A DNA stretch of 64,000 nucleotides from Callorhinchus milii (taxonomy: Eukaryota), in contig NW_024704743.1 in the NCBI RefSeq assembly GCF_018977255.1, positions 95,730,001 to 95,794,000 of the forward strand, read 5' to 3'. The translations under genes were made by a program, and so were the position numbers. Below, one piece after another: positions 37,857-51,808 of the stretch. Every line of letters starts with the position of its first letter. Position 1 is the first letter of the stretch. The notes beneath the pieces were generated by a model. It was not told the DNA's origin, ran no database searches, and worked only from the letters and a program-made list of their open reading frames with translations.

Positions 37857-38968
37857 CGCTTTTTGAATAGTATCATGGAATCTTTAACGTCCACCTGAGC
37901 CAGAGTCTAGACTTTGGTTTAACTTCTCATCCCAGGGATGGAACCTCCAATAGTGCAGCACTCCCCAAGTACTATATTGGATTGACAACCTAGACTACAT
38001 AAGTCCCTTCATGGGTCTTAAACCCCAAACCTTCTGACTCTGACGAAAGTGCTACCAATTGAGCCAGGCTGACACCTATTGCATTGTACTCAAGAATGGT
38101 AAATTTAGAGACCACATATGGTGACTCTGAACTTTGCATTTAAAGTAATCTGCACCCAAAAGATTAGGTACTACCTCTCTGGTCAGATAGATTTACTTCA
38201 ACATAGTACCATATCGGTCAGAAAGAAGCAATGGTATTCTCCTTTCCTCAAAGAATAATAATAATAATCCTTGCATTTGGACACAGTGCCTTGTCACATC
38301 TTCAAGACGTCTCAATGCACTTCACAGAATATTCTGTAAAGTGAATTGACTATATTTTGTGGGCGAAGCATATTTCAAACAGTTCATAGAATCATAGAAT
38401 TATACGGCACAGAAGGAGACCATTCCGGCCCATCATGTCTGTGCCGGCTCATTGAAAAGAGCTATCCAAATGAATCCCACTCCCCCGCGTTCTCCCCATA
38501 GCCCTGCAAACTTGTCCTCCCCAAATAATTATCCAATTCTGAATTCTCCGCTTTCAGTTGAGACAGACCATGATTAGGTCTGGCAAGAAGATTCCATATC
38601 TTATGAATTCTAATATGGTTTAGCCTTTCCCTTCACTTTACCTAAGTTGAAAGGAAGAATAACTGGATGGCTGCATCTTGCGCTCATAATTCACCTTTAA
38701 CATGAGTGTGTATTACACAAGCTGCCCAATCCATTCTTTTCCATATATTATTCCAGCATCACAACGTACACTTTATCACTCTGCAGTTGAGACTTTATTT
38801 CATATAAATGATTTTTTTTACACACTTGTTGGTAGCATTTTGGAAAAACTGGTTTACATAAGTAGCTCTCAATACTTCCATACTAGTGTTCTGCTGCCAC
38901 CTCTGGGAAAAACTTCAATCTCTGCACATTTTGTAACATGAAAACGTACATTTTCCTGACACACCTTA

Positions 38969-39343
38969 TAATAATAACAACAATAATAATAATCCTTGCA
39001 TTTGATATAGCACCTTATCACATTGTTGAGACATCTCAAACCACTTCATAGAATATACTGTAAAGTGTATTCATTGTATATTTTGTCGGCAAAACGCGGT
39101 AGCCAAGTGCACACAACTGTGTCCCACATACAGTCATGGATTGAGTGACCAAATTTTTTTTAAGGATTATTATCCCCAGAAAGTGATTTGCCAATCGACT
39201 AACAACCGGGTTCCTACTTACTGCTAGGTAAACAGAGGTGTGCGGAGTAAGGAAACTTGCCTAAGGTTTCACCCTGTCCAGAAATTGAACCGGGTCCTAA
39301 CCCTTGCAAGGCGAGTGCTCTAACCAATACTCTACAGGGCTCC
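38969..39343 (-). mobile_element. tRNA-derived SINE, long subfamily, GTATTGG head variant
   Basis: Full length. Confidence 0.9.
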
Positions 39344-39784
39344 ACATATGCTACCTTAAATGACCATGAGCTGGTGCTTGCCTATTTTGAATAATCTTAC
39401 AGAAAAAAAATTCTAAAAAAAACGTGTACGTGCCTGCAACGGTGGCAGCAAACCATGTTTAGATAATCAGCTGATCAGATCTCCCACATAAGACGTTGTG
39501 AAACACAGGGATATGTACACTGCTGGCATGACTGATCAAGCAAGTTAGGAGACGTTTTTGAGGCCAGATATTTCTCATGTTCTTAGCCTTAAGATTTATT
39601 GAATCATGCAGAATTTTGAAAAACTTAAATCCGGTCTTAATTTGGAAGCCAGAAAGAGTAATATAAACGAGCAGAGACCTGAAAGTCTCATGGTCTTAGC
39701 CTCAAGAACTGCAGAAAACTAGCTTCAAAATTAGGACTGAATTCAAGAATTTTCCAAACTTCTGGACTGTTCTAAAATTCAAGG

Positions 39785-40083
39785 TAATAATAACAATATA
39801 ATAATCCTTGCATTTGATATAGCGTCTTATCACATCTTCGAGACGTCGCAAAGCTCTTCACAGAATATACTGTAAAGCGAATTGACTGTATATTTTGTGG
39901 GTAAAAAGCGGCAGCCAATTGCACACAGCAGGGTCCCACAAACAGTCATGAATTGAATCATGCTAGGTAAACAGAGGCATGTGGAGTAAGGAAACTTACC
40001 GAACGTTCTGCCCTACCCGGGAAGCAAACCCAGGTCCCCTCACTTGCGAGGCAAGTGCTCTAACCACTAAGCTACAAGACTCC
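39785..40083 (-). mobile_element. tRNA-derived SINE with partial internal deletion
   Basis: Head and tail present. Confidence 0.88.
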
Positions 40084-42319
40084 ACGACTTAGTCTTAATG
40101 GTCTCAGGAGCCATCTTTTACAGATGTAACCTTTTATATTTCCTGGAAATTGTGTCAGTTTGTATAGAGTCGCTTGCAGAGTTCTCACTTCTCTTTACAA
40201 AGTTACACTCCTGAGAATTTTTTGTAGGATTTTCATTATTTTTCTGGACAAGATACATCTGATCTCCAGTTATTATTTAGGCAAGATCCTGCCTACATGA
40301 GCGAGAAGGAAGTAGTATTGGGAAATACTAGGGAATTGGGATGGTTGGAGCTCACGTGGAGTATAAACACTGGCACAAAGTAATAAAAACAGAAGCTGGG
40401 AACATGCAACAGGTCAGGCAGCATCTATGTAGAGAGGAAAATGAGTTAACGTTTCAGGTCGATGACCTTTCACTAGAACTCTGGCACAAGGTAATTGGAC
40501 TGAATCGTCTGAATTGGTGCTGTAGATTCTACAGATGTAATTCTATGCATGCAGTCTGCTGCACAGATAGCTAAGGAACTAATGGCTATCTTATTGTGTA
40601 AAACCTGGCACAGCTGATTGCACTCTTGCCTCTGGGTCAGAAAGTTGTGGGTTCAGGTCCTACGTCTGGGACTTTGATCTCACAGTCTATTCATAGTCTC
40701 TGGAACTCCATTCCAGAGTCCCGTCAACTTGTTCCCTCTCTCCCCTCTTTCAAGGCACATTTCAAAAACGTACTACTGACCTTTCGATCATCAGCTACCC
40801 CCATATCAACCTGTCTGCTCCCTCTGCTCAGCAGGCTCCAGGCTGTTCCACATCTTCCCAATGTGAAAGGTGCCATACAAATGTAATTTTGTGGTTGTTG
40901 CTGTTATCCTGTCTGCCTGTTCAAGTGGATGTTGAAGGATCCATGATATGATTTCAAAAGTGATTAGAATTTCTTCTGGTGTCCTGGCCAATAATCCTGC
41001 AGATAAAAATTATTCACTTCCTGGTTGTTTGTTGGACATTAACAACAACAACAACACCAACAAGATTACATTTGTATAGCGCCTTTCTCATCAGGAGGAT
41101 GTCCCAAGGCACTGGACAGTGTTAATTAATGTATGCAAGTATGTATGCAAGCAGCGAGAAAGCTTGCCAGACAGCAATATCAATGGCAAGCTATGCGGTT
41201 TCAGTCAGACTCCAGCAATACTCCAATACACACTCTGGCGTCCCCAAGCATTGGCTCTTGACAACCTGTACCTAATACTTTCTGGAATTAGGTAGGCAGG
41301 TTGTGTCCCTCCAGGGAGAGAGTGTGCATTCCATTCCAACAATCTACCTCTGGAATTTCCAAGTGTAGATGGGATGCATACAAATCTTAGCTTGGCTTGG
41401 ATGCTCTTAAGCATGGTGTTGGGTCAGACACCCAGCTGACCAAAAAAAGTTTGCAAAATGACTGCAACATTTGTCTCTAAATACATTACCATTATCAGTA
41501 ATTACTGTACATCACTTTAAGATGTTTTAATGTTATAGGCGTTGTATCAAATGCGAGGCTTATTATTATTTTATTATTATTATTATTTATTATTATAATA
41601 AAGGGACACTGATTTGGTGGGATTTGCAGGAAGGATTAAAATGCTTGACAGACCTCAAAGTGCTGGACACAGTCCATTTTCTATTGCTGAGTCTTGAGCA
41701 TTGAAGCAATGCATATGAATCATATGTGTGAAAATAATGTATGTAAAAGCAGTGCAGAATATATGATAGCAGACACTGCAATTTTTGTACATCAGTTCAT
41801 GTGGCTTAAAACAAATCCTCTGTTTAGCCAGGGGATGGCAGTGCAGATTGATTAGTTAGTCTTGGCTGAATAATTCCTTTCAAATGTCGCTTTCTTTCAC
41901 AAAGGTGCCTTTATTTCCTCCCAAAATGACTCAATGGTTTGTTCCGGTGTTGATAAATGGATTGTATCAAGTACATACACAATCCATTCTGGAGCAGGGA
42001 GCTCTGCTTCTTTCAGCATTTAAGCACCAAATATGGTTTGGATATATCTGACTTTCTCCTCCATATACACTGGTGTTGCTTTCATTTCTAGATTAACTAT
42101 GATAGTCCAATGGATGAGGTTTACAGTAATAAAATGGGGATTGGGTTGATAAACGTTTTTATGTAATTGACTTCAACCTCCTCCAGCACTGATGGAGAAG
42201 GACGTTCCAACTTTTTCTTAGCCTCTATCTGTTTTTAAAAAAATCCTTGTGTCTATCCTAAAAAATGATCTTGATAATCTTGAAACTCTGCCTCCTGTTC
42301 GGCTACTTTAGCATATCTT

Positions 42320-42677
42320 GGAGTCCTGTAGTGTATTGGTTAGAATACTCGCCTCGCAAGTGAGAGGAGCGGGGTTCAAATCCCGGGCAGTGCGAAACCT
42401 TAGGCAAGTTTCCTTACTCCAAACGCCTCTGTTTACTTTGCAGTAAAGTAGGAACTTGGTTGTTAATCGATTGTCAGGTTATTTTCCGGTGGTATTAATC
42501 CATTTTAAAAAAATGTGGTTCCTCAATCCACCACTGCTTGTGGGACACTACTGTGCGCAATTGGCTGCCATGGTTTACCAACAAAATATACAGTCAATTC
42601 ACTTTACATTGTATTCTATGAAGCACTTTGTCTCAGCGACGTGATAAGACGCTATATCAAATGCTATTATTATTATA
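42320..42677 (+). mobile_element. tRNA-derived SINE, long subfamily, GTATTGG head variant
   Basis: Full length. Confidence 0.88.
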
Positions 42678-43560
42678 CCTAAAAGTATTGTTCTAGGTTT
42701 ATTTTCTCAATCCCATTTAACATTTAATATTATGTTATATAAGGTGAGATGTCTTTTCAAGATTAAAGAAGTTGTTATTTATAGTTTATCTTACATCCAC
42801 ATTGCTCTTCTCTGCAACTACAACTAGTGTTTGGGCAATGCCATTATTTTGCAGGAGCCATACTGTATCTATTACTACTATTCCTTTTCAAGAATGACTA
42901 TTCAATACATATAGTTAACTGATGGGGAATCAGGGATTAGTGCCTTTCACTTCTGCAACTTGAATTTAGCCCAGACCGATGGGATGAAACTCTTGGCAGG
43001 AAACGGTTGTAATAAATTATTTTTGTGGCTGTGGTCTCAAACTAGTTATGAGCTTGCACAGCAGAAATTGGCAAACTCACTCAGAAAGGTTACGAAGATA
43101 TCACGTCTGAGAAATGGAAAAATTGACACTGAGACAGCATTGGTGAACAGAACCCATTCTCACTTTCTGTGTACAGTGTTGCTGTGAGGCATGACCAAAA
43201 TCAAAAAGCATGGAACAAGAGAAGAACATTCAATCTATTGAGCGCATTTGGTCCCTCTTCCACTGACCCATATAAAACCCAACTATTTATGGGTTTTACC
43301 CACTCACTTGACCTCCTGGAGGAATGTTCTGATATTCCATTAATCCCCAAAGTAATCCAGGAAAAACACTGGAATAGTCATAATCCCACACTCTACTAAT
43401 CAGCCCTGAGTTGTTCCTCAACAAACATCTATTTCCTGCATCAACTGAATTCGATACCCAGTGCCATTTTTTAAGGTGAAGTTAGAGAAACTGGGTCCAC
43501 ACCATACAACTTCTTGACTGCTATTAGCAGTTGGCAGTTACAAAACACCGCAAAGAAACT

Positions 43561-43978
43561 GTCAGCCTGGCTCAGTTGGTAGCTCTCTCACCTCTGAGTC
43601 AGAAAGCTATCAGCTCAAGTCCATATTGAGACTGATCTCACAAATCTCAGCTCCCATTTCCAATGCAGTGCTAGGGGATGCACTGTATTGTTGGAGGTAC
43701 CGCCCTTTGGATGAGATGTTAAACCAAGTTCTGGTCTGCCTGTTTAGTTGGATGTTAAAGATACCATGGCATTATTTGAATAGAGATGGAAGTTTCTCCT
43801 GGTGTCCTGTCAAATAAAATTGGTCATTCACTTTGTGGCTGTTTGTGGAGTGTTGCTGTGTGCAAATTGGCTGCTGCATTCATCCACAAAAATACACAGT
43901 CACTATTGTGAATTCTGAAAAGTGCTTTGAGACATCTTCCTGACATGGAAAGTGCTATATCAAATTTAACGATTAATA
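43561..43978 (+). mobile_element. Older full-length DeuSINE-type element (SacSINE1/AmnSINE1-like); remnants also near 13800, 21230-21560, 37860-38075, 40610-41040, 51840-52090, 54710-54990
   Basis: Different tRNA head plus ttggatgagatgttaaacc...ggatgttaaagat.ccatggca.tattt core typical of the Deu domain (family assignment from recall). Confidence 0.75.
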
Positions 43979-45439
43979 TTTTCATTGCCAATATTTTATA
44001 TTATTTTAATATTATTTTATTGTCAAAGGCAGAGGTCCATTGACCAGCTTCTCCAACTTCATCATGGAAAATATTATTGGATAAAGGGCAGGGAAGGCAA
44101 TCTCTGGCCCACTTGATGTGAGAAATAGCACATGGACTGAACATTTGATCCCTATAGTCCAAATGTATCTTCTCATACACACATGATTTGTACAATGTCC
44201 GAATAAATCAGTGCTTTCGAGATACTCCTTGGTATTTTATTAATTTGATGCTAACAGATCAGCACAAACCCAAATACAGAGGAAATTGCCCTATTCTGTG
44301 CTTTAACCAGCTATCCTGGTGGTGCTTCTTGGTACTATTGGTCATTTATAGGCAATTTGCAACAAAATAGCCTCATTTTAAATCAAAATTAATTATAGCA
44401 ACAAGTGCCCACAAAACGTTTGTGGATTGTAGATACAAGGCTTTGGGCTAGGGGTGATTTGAGGCTACAGTAAACAGAACTACAATAAGACTAATACCAT
44501 CATTTTATTTATTGTATTTCAATTTCCAAAGGGGAAAGTTTCTCTTAAATCAGATTTTTTTCTTCTCATCTGAATCATTATTTGCTCACAAAAATGCACA
44601 CTGTACCATGTGAAGCACTTTGAGACATCTCAACGATATGGTGAGGTGCAATTTCAATGCAAAATTATTATTATCATCATTGTTGGCCACACTAGGTTAG
44701 ATGATGTATAGCATTTCCTCCTACCACCCAACTGTTAATTCATAATACTTAGTGTGGAAGAACACAGTTAAATGTTTCTGAGTTAGGATATTATGTATAA
44801 TGGTATCCTATTCTTGCGCAATAGCTTCCAGTGAATATATTACAGTAACAAGTCACAGTTACTGTAAATTACATTCTCCACTGAGGTATGTCTGAAGTTT
44901 AAATGATTACAGGATGCTGGTAAATTTATTAGTATCTCTATTGAATTACATTTCTTTCAATCATACGCAAACATATAAAGAGCAAGACTTACAAGGTGAT
45001 CCAGTTTGTGGTCAAGCATGACAGCTGTAGAATTATTTTGAGTCTGGAGGATTATTCTTGGAAACAGTGTCATAACTTCCAATCATCCAGGTTCCACGCA
45101 GACAATTTGTTAAAGTGATAGCCAAGAGCATTAATCACCTCAAAGTCCTTCACTTCAGGACAGAGCCTGGTTAATCATACTGTAAAGCCATTAGATCACT
45201 TGAATAGAAGCAACATCATCAAAATCTGTTGAAGTCAGCCTGGCTGAGTTGGTAGGTGCCATACATATGTTGAACTTTCAGTCTGATTTGGATACTCTTA
45301 AACATGGTGATGGGTTTACACATTTGTCAGACACCCAGCTGACCCCCCCAAAAAATCCACGATAAAAGGAATTCACACCTTCAGGGTTAGATGTATGCTA
45401 TCAGCACTTACAAGGACAACAACAACCAATTGCATTTAT

Positions 45440-45753
45440 GTCCTGTAGCTCAGTGCACAAAGCACTCGCTTTGCAAGCGAGAGACCTGAGTTTAATTCCA
45501 GGCAGGGCGAAACCTTGGGCAAGTTTCCTTACTCCACACGCCTAATAATAATCCCTCCAAAACCAAAAACAATAATAAATTGGTCATTTTCAATCCATGA
45601 CTGTTTGTGGGACATTGCTGTACGCAATTGGCTGCCGCGTTCGCCCACAAATATACAGTCAATTCACTTTACAGTGTGTTCTGTGAAGCGCTTTGGGACG
45701 TCCTCCCGACGTGAAAAGCGCTATATCAAATGCAAGGATTATTATTATTATTA
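45440..45753 (+). mobile_element. tRNA-derived SINE, young short subfamily, inserted into an L2 tail
   Basis: Near-identical to other young copies. Confidence 0.93.
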
Positions 45754-45759
45754 TGTAGC

Positions 45760-46085
45760 GCTTTTCAGTGCCCGTCGAATGGAGGACGTGGCCTGATTTG
45801 CATGGTGTTAAAAGATCACAGAGGTAAGGAGGAGCATGACCATGGAGGGCTTTAAAATTGAGGATGAGGATTTTAAACTCAATCCTCTGAGGGATGGGGA
45901 GCCAGTGGAGCCGGGCGAGGGCGAAGGTAATGGGGTCACGGAGCTTGGTACAAAAGGGGGATGAGTTGCAGAGTTCTGGATAATCTGCAGCTTGTGAGGG
46001 GAAGAATCACGTCAAGGCTCGACGATGGAAACTCCCGGCAAGCAGGTATTTTGCATGGTTGAGCCTAGATATGACGAATGCATGA
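45760..46085 (-). mobile_element. Degraded L2 fragment
   Basis: Matches the L2 SRL / QNSA / LHWLP region. Confidence 0.7.
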
Positions 46086-47587
46086 ATTGTCTCTCATCCA
46101 GGACGACGTCTGACAGACAAACTGCCAGGACAGCAGTGGTCCTGGAGTCCAAGGAGGAGGCAAGCAAACTGTTCCAAGTACTAAGGCCTGGTTTGGGTGG
46201 GAAGAATTGAGCCAGTGCATTCAGCCAGTTTGCCTCAAGTCTCAAGAACAGGCATGTCAGGAAACCCTGGACCAGCAACCAACAAAACCATTACTGTTCA
46301 TCATCCCTAAGGGTGGTCTGGGATCTCCGGAAAGGGGAGGAACTTCACTGCCTCTGACCACAGCACCAGCTCCAGATGCCCCTGTTGGAGAGCAAGAGGA
46401 GATGGTGGCTCTTTAAAAGGTCCCTTGTTTGGGATCAGGCTGTGTCTGAGGATAGAGTAGGTTACTGATTAAAGTTCCAAGTGAGAGGTGCCCGCAGAAC
46501 ATGGTTACTGTGAGTCGTTGATTAAAAGCTGAGTTTAATTCCAGGTCAATTCTGCCGTCAATTCTTTCTACCCCAATAATCAACACAGCCAATGATATTT
46601 CCTTCATTCTAAACACCGATAAATCACCTGAGCTTTATGAGGTATGTGTGCTGGTATGTGTAGCCAAAACTATTCAGTGGCTCCGTTACAAACTGTGGTA
46701 TAAACTGGACATATACATGACTTGTATGCTTAGTGGAAAATAAACCCTCTTCATGATTTTCGGATTACATAATCCATTGGAAGGGGCCAGTCTCAGATCT
46801 GTGCTCTCCTTCTCAGTAAGCATTAGCTTGTTTATCACTCTTTATACTCTTAGGTTTGATCCATTTTTGGACACCTCCAAATATTTGTTATTTCTGTAGC
46901 TGAGGAAATGTCAACCCGGTTTTGAATTATCCATTTGCTCTCAGTACATGTTGTGATTTTCAGCAATAAAGATGATAAATCTTTATCAACACTCTGTTTT
47001 TGCAAAGTCTGAGATTGTAAAGAGATTTATTTCATGACATTGCTCACTCTGAAATCTTCACAACAGAGCTCTGGGGCACTACATAAATTAGCAGCAAAGA
47101 ATGATGCTGTTCAATTGTTTTCCCTCTGAAGCAAATAACGTACCTACCATTTGGATACATATATATACTGCTTTTTTCTACATATTGTTGGTCTAAATAT
47201 TATAGTGGGCTGTTTGGTTAGTTTCACATCACTGCAAACCTACAAAATGTGTAAGACATAAATAATTCATATTTATTTCTGGGTGGTCCAATATTTACTA
47301 AATGTGTTCTTGTATTTTATTGTATAACTCTGTTTGCAATTTTTTGTAAACTATTTGAAATAAATTGGGTCCACATGAGTAAAGTTGTCATGATGAGATG
47401 TGTTTGTCTTAACGATGACACATTTGATTGGGGGAAAATGTTTGCAATGTGCTAATAGTACATAGTGTCTATAAACTGAATAGAAAATTGAAACAGAAGG
47501 TGGCTTAAAGTTATCTTTTGCTCCCTTAAAGGCTGCCCAGAGTGGTCATGAGCATTACAGAAGTGAAAGGTTTCAAGTTCGATAATA

Positions 47588-48035
47588 CAGCCAAACTTAA
47601 AGCAACAACCTCTATTCAGCAACCACCTGCTGTTAACAACCATCCTGAATTTCCATTAAAAAACACCTCTATTCAGCAATCAGAAGCCACTCTTTTTTAG
47701 CCCTGTCATTGTGCAGACACCATTTCAGTGGCCAGTTATAAGTGGATTTAAGTATACATTACCAATGCATTACAAATTACCACATGTAGACGCCCACTAG
47801 ATTCCTAGCACATTTACCAATGCTTCGCTGAGCAGCCCTTGTGATTCCCGCAGCTTCCTGCCTCACCGGTGAGGCAGAGTTGGTAAATACGCTAGGAAAC
47901 TTTGGGCCTGTGGAAATTTTTTACAAAATTTACAAGCCCGGTCAACGAACTAACAAACCGTTACTCGAATGCCACCCTTACATAAAGGCCACTTTGGGCC
48001 TTCACCTGAGTAGTTGCTGAAAACAGGTTTGACTG
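47588..48035. mobile_element. Non-autonomous Tc1/mariner-pogo-like DNA element (MITE)
   Basis: TA|CAGCCAAAC ... GTTTGACTG|TA termini; subterminal cctctattcagcaa repeats. Confidence 0.65.
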
Positions 48036-49729
48036 TAATGAATAATAATAATAATTACATTTGGTATAGAGCCTTACCACATCATTGAGATATCTCAAAG
48101 CACTTCACAGGATTTTACCGTCAAATGTGGTGATTGGGTATTCTGCACGCAAATGCAAAAGCCAATTTGCACTCAGCAATGTTGTCCCTGGGCTGGGCTG
48201 AATTGACTGAGTTCTGCAGGCACTATAAGGAAGGAAAAATCAGTTAGGGTTCCAACTCCAGATCACTAACAATGCCCCTACTGTGAATTTTTTTTTGGGG
48301 GGGGGGGCCGGTTTGGGGAAATGCATCACCATGCTTAGAAGTCATTTGAGTTCCTCTAGTAGATTAAGAGTTAAACATTATGTGATGATTATAAATTCAA
48401 CAAGTGACGAGTTTTTGATTTGCAACTTTGAGTACAATGATGAGCTTGCACTGGTGGTTATTTGCTACCCATAACACAAATGAGAAGTGCTCCAGAATGC
48501 TACAAGGCGTGAAGGGAACTATATAAATGCAAGTTGTTGTTGTTATTGAGAAACTAAACAGTATTTTAGTGTTATTCAAAAAAAATATTTCAGGTTTTTT
48601 TCCCCTTTTAGCATACAACTTTGAGAGTACAAACCCTTGCATTTAAATATAATAATAAATAATAATCCTTGTATTTGATATAGCGCCTAATCATGCTATC
48701 AAGATGTCTCAAAGCACTTCATATGATATATTGTTAAGTGTATTTTGTGGGTGAATAGACTTGCCACCTCATTAGGAAGTTTGTGAGTCTACTCATATAT
48801 CTTGGTACAACTTTGTCTAACATTCTGCTTGGATACCACCATGTAAGTCATTGCGGTCCAACTGGCAGCCAATCTGGCCCGGGAAATAATTTCATCCAGC
48901 TCGCAAACCATTTCCAACTTTGTGTTGCCCATTCACTCCTGGGCAAACCTTCCTCTCATGGCAGTGGCAAGAGCCGGCAGTTGGTAAGGAGACCCACTTG
49001 CCTTCCCCTTACCTCAAAAAGGGGGTTCCTGACAGACTACAACACAATGAGCTGTGGGGAGTGAAATAAAGGCGCATGTCCAACTTGTCCAATCCATTTC
49101 TCTACTTAACCTTCTGATAATCTTGCGTTACCAACATCCTCTCCTCTGCAAACAATAAGGCAAAATATTTATTGAGCACTTCTACCATTGACTTATGGTA
49201 AGCTACCTCATTACCTTCCTCACCTGTAGCAGCCCCACTCTGGGCAATTGTTGGTCAGGACATTGGGAGACTTTAAAACATTAAACCTTGGTTTAACTTC
49301 TCATGTGAAGGAGTTAACCATTAAACGTTGAACAATCAAAGCCAAGGAAGCTCTTGAAAGCTTTGTGACTTCGTATTCTGATGTGCACTGATGCTTACTT
49401 TGATTTGGATCTCTTCTCATGTCATTGCTATGCTAACAGCAGCCTGTACAATTCCTGGAATTTTAAAAGCCTTGTTGACTTTATGTAAAATAATGGTCCA
49501 AGCTTTTCTGTAAACTTCCGTGATTCTGAAAAAAATTGTTGTGTCAAAAAGGCCACCTTAAAGCTTAACGAATTAGTTGAGCAGATTAAAGATCTCTATT
49601 GGTCTTGTGTCTATTTATCGTCATCAGGGATAAATAATTGTAATAAGTCTCTGGGACAAAAGATTTTGGGTTAAAGTTTTACTTTGTGACTTTGAACTCA
49701 CAGTCGAAGCTGATACTCACCCACACATA

Positions 49730-50180
49730 GCTCCATACTCTCGTCACACCAGTCCTTGCCAGGTTCCACTGACTCCCAATTACTGAATGGATCGATTTCA
49801 AGATCCTCTGACTCATTTTCAAATCCCTTCATGCCCTCGCACCTCCCTACCTATCCAATCTGCTTATCCCCCACTCCACCACCCACTGCTTCCACTCGGC
49901 TGGCTCGGGCCTCCTGTTTGTCCCTTGTCCCCTCCGCTCCACCATCGGGGGACGTGTGGTTTCAGCCACTATGCCCCGAAACTTTGGAACTCTCTCCCTC
50001 AATCCCTCTGCCTTGTCCCCTCCCTCCCCACTTTCAAATACCACCTAAAGTCCTTCCTTTTTGATCGTATTTAAGGTCGTGTCTCCCCTCCCTCTCCCTC
50101 TGGGTCAAATTGTTAAGTGCTCTGGGATGCTACCCTATGTGAATGGCGCTATAAAAATGCAAGTTGCTGTTGTTGTTGAC
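49730..50180 (+). mobile_element. Older L2 3' fragment
   Basis: APKLWNSLPQSL...FKYHLKSFLF; (TTG)n tail. Confidence 0.85.
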
Positions 50181-50659
50181 ACTCTCGGGAAGTGCTGCTT
50201 TTGCATTGGTGCCTCCTTCACATGAGAAGTTAAACCAAGGTTCTTCAGGTGGATGTTAAGTCAAGTTGTTCAGGTGGGTTTTAAGGATTCCATGGCTTTA
50301 TTTGATAAGAATAAATTTGGTGTGAGATGTACAGTTTTACAGTCAGAGTTGGTTTCAAGTGGCCATTAATTCACTTTAATCCAATGTAAATTCTTGGCTG
50401 ATGGAGAGGCCACTTTTATTGTTATCAAAGTGTCTCCCAGATCTTTAATAGCACTGGAAAATAATCACTGGTTCTCACTGGGTACATTCAGGATTCTCGT
50501 CAGTTCAATAGAGGAGTGAATGGAAACTCAATATCCCCACTTTCTATTAGTATAAATTATTTACACCAAGTCTTAGCCTGTAAGACCATTTTACCTTAAA
50601 TTTTAAGATCACATCGAATTGTGGAACATTCTTAAATTATACATTAAAATACATACATT

Positions 50660-51390
50660 AGAATACATTAGAATATACAGCACAGAAACAGGCCATTCAG
50701 CCCATCTGGTCTATGCTGGTGTTTATGCTCCACATGAGCTCCTCCTGCCCTTCCTCAACTAAGCCTTCAAGCATAACCTTCTATTCCTTTCTCCTTCATG
50801 TACCTATCTAGCTTTCCCTCAAATACATTGATGCTATTTGCCTCAACAACTCCTTGTGGTAGCATGTTCCACATTCCCACTACTCTCTGTGTGAAGAAAT
50901 TTCTTCTGATTTTCCTATTTGATCTATTTGTGATTATTTTATATTGATGGCCTCTGCTTTTGGTCTCCCCCACAAGTGGAAACATCTTCCCTATGTCTAC
51001 CCTGTCAAAACCTTTCATTATTTTAAAGACCTCTATCAGGTCACCCCTTATCCTCCTCTTTTCAAGAGAAGAGTCCAAGCATGTTCAACCTTTCCTGATA
51101 GGTATAACTTCTCAGTTCTGGGATCATCCTTGTGAATCTCTGTTGCACCCTCTCCAGTGCCTCCACATCCCTTCTATAATGTGGGAACCAGAACTGCACA
51201 CAGTATTCTAAGTGTGGTCTAAACAAGTTTACCATAACTTCCCAGCTTTTCATTTCTATCCCTCTATAAATGAACCTTTTTTTGCCTTTTTTATGGCCTT
51301 ATTAACCTGCATTGTTACTTTTAGTGAATTGTGTATGTGTACCCCTAGATCCCTTTGCTCCTCTCTCCCATTTAGGTTTTTATTTTCCAA
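50660..51390 (-). mobile_element. CR1 LINE 3' fragment
   Basis: RPHLEYCVQFW, SLEKRRIRGDLIEVFKIMKG, FFTQRVVGMWN. Confidence 0.92.
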
Positions 51391-51516
51391 TCTTAATTTG
51401 GAAGTCACTTTTCTACAGTTAATTAAAAGAACCTGCTTTCAAATTAAGGCTGAATTTAAGATATTTTCCACAATTCTGCTTGATTTTAAATTTTAAGACA
51501 AAATAGTCTTACGGGC

Positions 51517-51808
51517 TAATAATAATAATTCTTGCATTTGATATCACATCTTATCACATCATTGAGATGTCTCAAAGTGCTTCACAGAATATACTGTAAA
51601 GTGAATTGACTGTATATTTTGTGGGCAAAACATGGCAGCCAATTGTGTATTGCAGTGTCCCACACAGTCGTGGATTGAGTGACCATATTTCTTTGAAGGG
51701 ATTATTACCCCCAAAAAGCGATCTGCCAATCGATTAACAACTGGGTTCCTACTTATTGCTAGGTGAACAGAGGCATGTGGAGGAATGAAACTTGCCTAAG
51801 GTTTCATC
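51517..51808 (-). mobile_element. 5'-truncated long SINE
   Basis: Body and tail, head missing. Confidence 0.85.

Noticed and set aside
46090..46420. GC-richer block with short ORFs
   Set aside because: No recognisable protein motif or consistent splice sites
48855..48910. hAT/Charlie-like terminal motif
   Set aside because: Too degenerate; no partner end or 8-bp TSD found
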